Origin: an uncultured Alphaproteobacteria bacterium
GTDB lineage: Bacteria > Pseudomonadota > Alphaproteobacteria > Rhizobiales > Aestuariivirgaceae
Length of the DNA: 64,000 bases
Assembly (NCBI GenBank): GCA_963775095.1
Contig: CAVZHN010000015.1
Coordinates: 173,547 to 237,546, forward strand
Direction of reading: 5' to 3'
The position numbers were made by a program, and so were the translations under genes. The notes below the pieces were generated by a model. It was not told where the DNA came from and searched no databases. It worked only from the letters and a program-made list of their open reading frames with translations. How positions within the stretch are numbered: position 1 is the stretch's first letter; every line of letters starts with the position of its first letter. Of the stretch, positions 62,217 through 64,000 are shown one piece after another.

Positions 62217-64000
62217 TTCGTGAGGGCTGCGGCTTCTGCGGCGGCGATGGCTGTCATGTTGACCACGCCGCGCGACGTGACCGACGGCGTGAGAATGTGG
62301 GCGGGCTTGGCCGTGCCGAGCAGAATGGGCCCCACCGGCAAGGCGTCGCCAAAGACCTTTAGCATCTGATAGGCGATGTTGGCCGATGAAAGATCGGGCA
62401 TGACCAGCAAATTTGCCTCACCCTTCAAGGTCGAAGCCGGCAGTTTGCGGGCCCGCACCGCTTCCAGGAGTGCGGTATCGGCCTGCATCTCGCCATCGAT
62501 TTCGAGCTGCGGCGCGGCCTTGCGCACCAGTCCCAGCGCTTTGCGCATTTTGACGGAGGCCGGCGTATCGAAATCGCCGAAGTCCGAATGCGTGACCAGC
62601 GCCACCTTGGCGTTGAGGCCGAACCGTTCGACATGCCTGGCGCACAGCATCACCGTTTCGGCAATGGCTTCCGCCGTCGGGTCGGGCTGCACATGCGTAT
62701 CGGTCAGGAAATGCACGCCCCGCGTGGTGATCATCAGGCTCATGGCGGCGAGTTCATGCACCCCATCGGCAAGCCCGACGATGTCGCGGATATGCCGGAG
62801 CTTGGCGCGGTAACGGCCTTCAAGCCCACAGATCATCGCGTCGGCCTCGCCCCTTCGCAGCGCCAGCGCGGCGATCACCGTGTTCGAGGTGCGCACCACG
62901 GTGCGCGCCGCTTCCGGCGTGATGCCCCGCCGCCCCGCCGCTTCCACATAGCTTGCCACATAGCCGCGGTAGCGCGGATCGTCTTCGGGATTGACCAGCT
63001 CAAAATCTTTTCCTAGCCGCAGCGAAAGCCCGAACCGCTTGATGCGCGCTTCGACCACGTTTGGCCGCCCGATGAGAATGGGAATGGCGGTTCCCTCTTC
63101 CAGAACAACCTGGGCCGCCCGCAACACGCGCTCGTCTTCGCCATCGGCATAGATCACCCGCTGCGGCGACTTGCGGGCCACGGCGAAAATCTGCCGCATG
63201 ATGAAACCCGACCGGAACACAAAGCGCTGCAGTTTTTCGGCATAGGCTTCAAGATTGGCGATGGGCCGCATTGCAACGCCGCTGTCGATGGCCGCCTTGG
63301 CGACGGCCGGCGCCACCCGCAGGATGAGGCGCGGATCGAAGGGCGATGGAATGAGAGAGTTGCGCCCGAACAGCCGCGCCTCGTCGCCATAGGCCCGCGC
63401 CGCAACGTCGGACGGCGCTTCGCGCGCCAGCCCGGCAATGGCCATCACCGCAGCGCGTTTCATCTCTTCGTTGATAGTCGAAGCGCCAACGTCGAGCGCG
63501 CCCCGGAAGATATAGGGAAAGCACAGAACGTTGTTCACCTGATTGGGATAGTCCGACCGCCCGGTGCAGATCATCACATCGTCACGCGTCGCCAGCGCCT
63601 CTTCCGGCATGATTTCCGGTGACGGGTTGGCAAGCGCCAGAACCAACGGGTCTTTCGCCATGCGCTTCAGCATGTCGGGTTTCAAAACGCCGCCAGCCGA
63701 AAGGCCGAGGAACACATCGGCCTCGCCAATCACTTCGCCAAGGCTGCGCGACGTGGTATCCTGGGCATAGACCGCTTTCCACCGGTCCATGAGCTTTTCC
63801 CGGCTCTTGTAGACAACGCCCTCAAGATCGCAGACCCAGATATTTTCGCGTTTGGCGCCAAGGCTGACCAGCTGGTTGAGGCAGGCCAGCGCCGCGGCCC
63901 CCGCCCCCGAAGCGACGATCTTGATCTTGGCAATGTCTTTGCCGGCCAGCGTCAGCCCATTGATGACCGCGGCGCCGACGATCACCGCCGTGCCATGCTG
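62213..64000 (-). CDS. maeB: NADP-dependent malic enzyme with phosphotransacetylase-like domain, 5' part outside the window
   Basis: QHGTA.IVGAA, SGAGAAA, LANPSPE, GRSDYPNQVNNVLCFP, YADGEDERVL, DGEMQAD, GPILLG. Confidence 0.96.
   Translation of the reverse strand, partial: QHGTAVIVGAAVINGLTLAGKDIAKIKIVASGAGAAALACLNQLVSLGAKRENIWVCDLEGVVYKSREKLMDRWKAVYAQDTTSRSLGEVIGEADVFLGLSAGGVLKPDMLKRMAKDPLVLALANPSPEIMPEEALATRDDVMICTGRSDYPNQVNNVLCFPYIFRGALDVGASTINEEMKRAAVMAIAGLAREAPSDVAARAYGDEARLFGRNSLIPSPFDPRLILRVAPAVAKAAIDSGVAMRPIANLEAYAEKLQRFVFRSGFIMRQIFAVARKSPQRVIYADGEDERVLRAAQVVLEEGTAIPILIGRPNVVEARIKRFGLSLRLGKDFELVNPEDDPRYRGYVASYVEAAGRRGITPEAARTVVRTSNTVIAALALRRGEADAMICGLEGRYRAKLRHIRDIVGLADGVHELAAMSLMITTRGVHFLTDTHVQPDPTAEAIAETVMLCARHVERFGLNAKVALVTHSDFGDFDTPASVKMRKALGLVRKAAPQLEIDGEMQADTALLEAVRARKLPASTLKGEANLLVMPDLSSANIAYQMLKVFGDALPVGPILLGTAKPAHILTPSVTSRGVVNMTAIAAAEAAALTK

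Overview
High-GC alphaproteobacterial chromosome segment (Hyphomicrobiales/Rhizobiales-like gene order). 1-28 kb is mostly core genome: DUF1127, cspA, 5'-nucleotidase, aminopeptidase P, then the minus-strand dcw cluster (rnpB-rsmH-ftsL-ftsI-murE-murF-mraY-murD-ftsW-murG-murC-murB-ddl-ftsQ-ftsA-ftsZ) and bamD-recN-ligA. mraZ and lpxC are absent from their usual positions. 28-64 kb mixes housekeeping and accessory genes: amidohydrolase, amidase, DnaJ/TerB, two Tat-type MlaC paralogs, sahR-metF, an inverted-repeat-bounded deaminase cassette, an ankyrin-cytochrome c fusion, two saccharopine dehydrogenases, an L,D-transpeptidase, orphan antitoxins, ettA, GGDEF-EAL, a PAS hybrid kinase, hydantoinase and malic enzyme. 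Best candidate for an undescribed system is the tightly coupled minus-strand operon at 51626-55667. It encodes a divergent Lgt-family protein, a radical SAM enzyme with Tes/GDGT-MAS-like cysteine architecture, three small paralogous membrane proteins sharing an LFxGGC lipobox-like motif, and TerC. Caveat: many single-base indels, even in essential murC and murD, indicate consensus/sequencing errors, so frameshifted genes should not be assumed to be pseudogenes. All family calls are from motif recognition by eye; no database searches were run.
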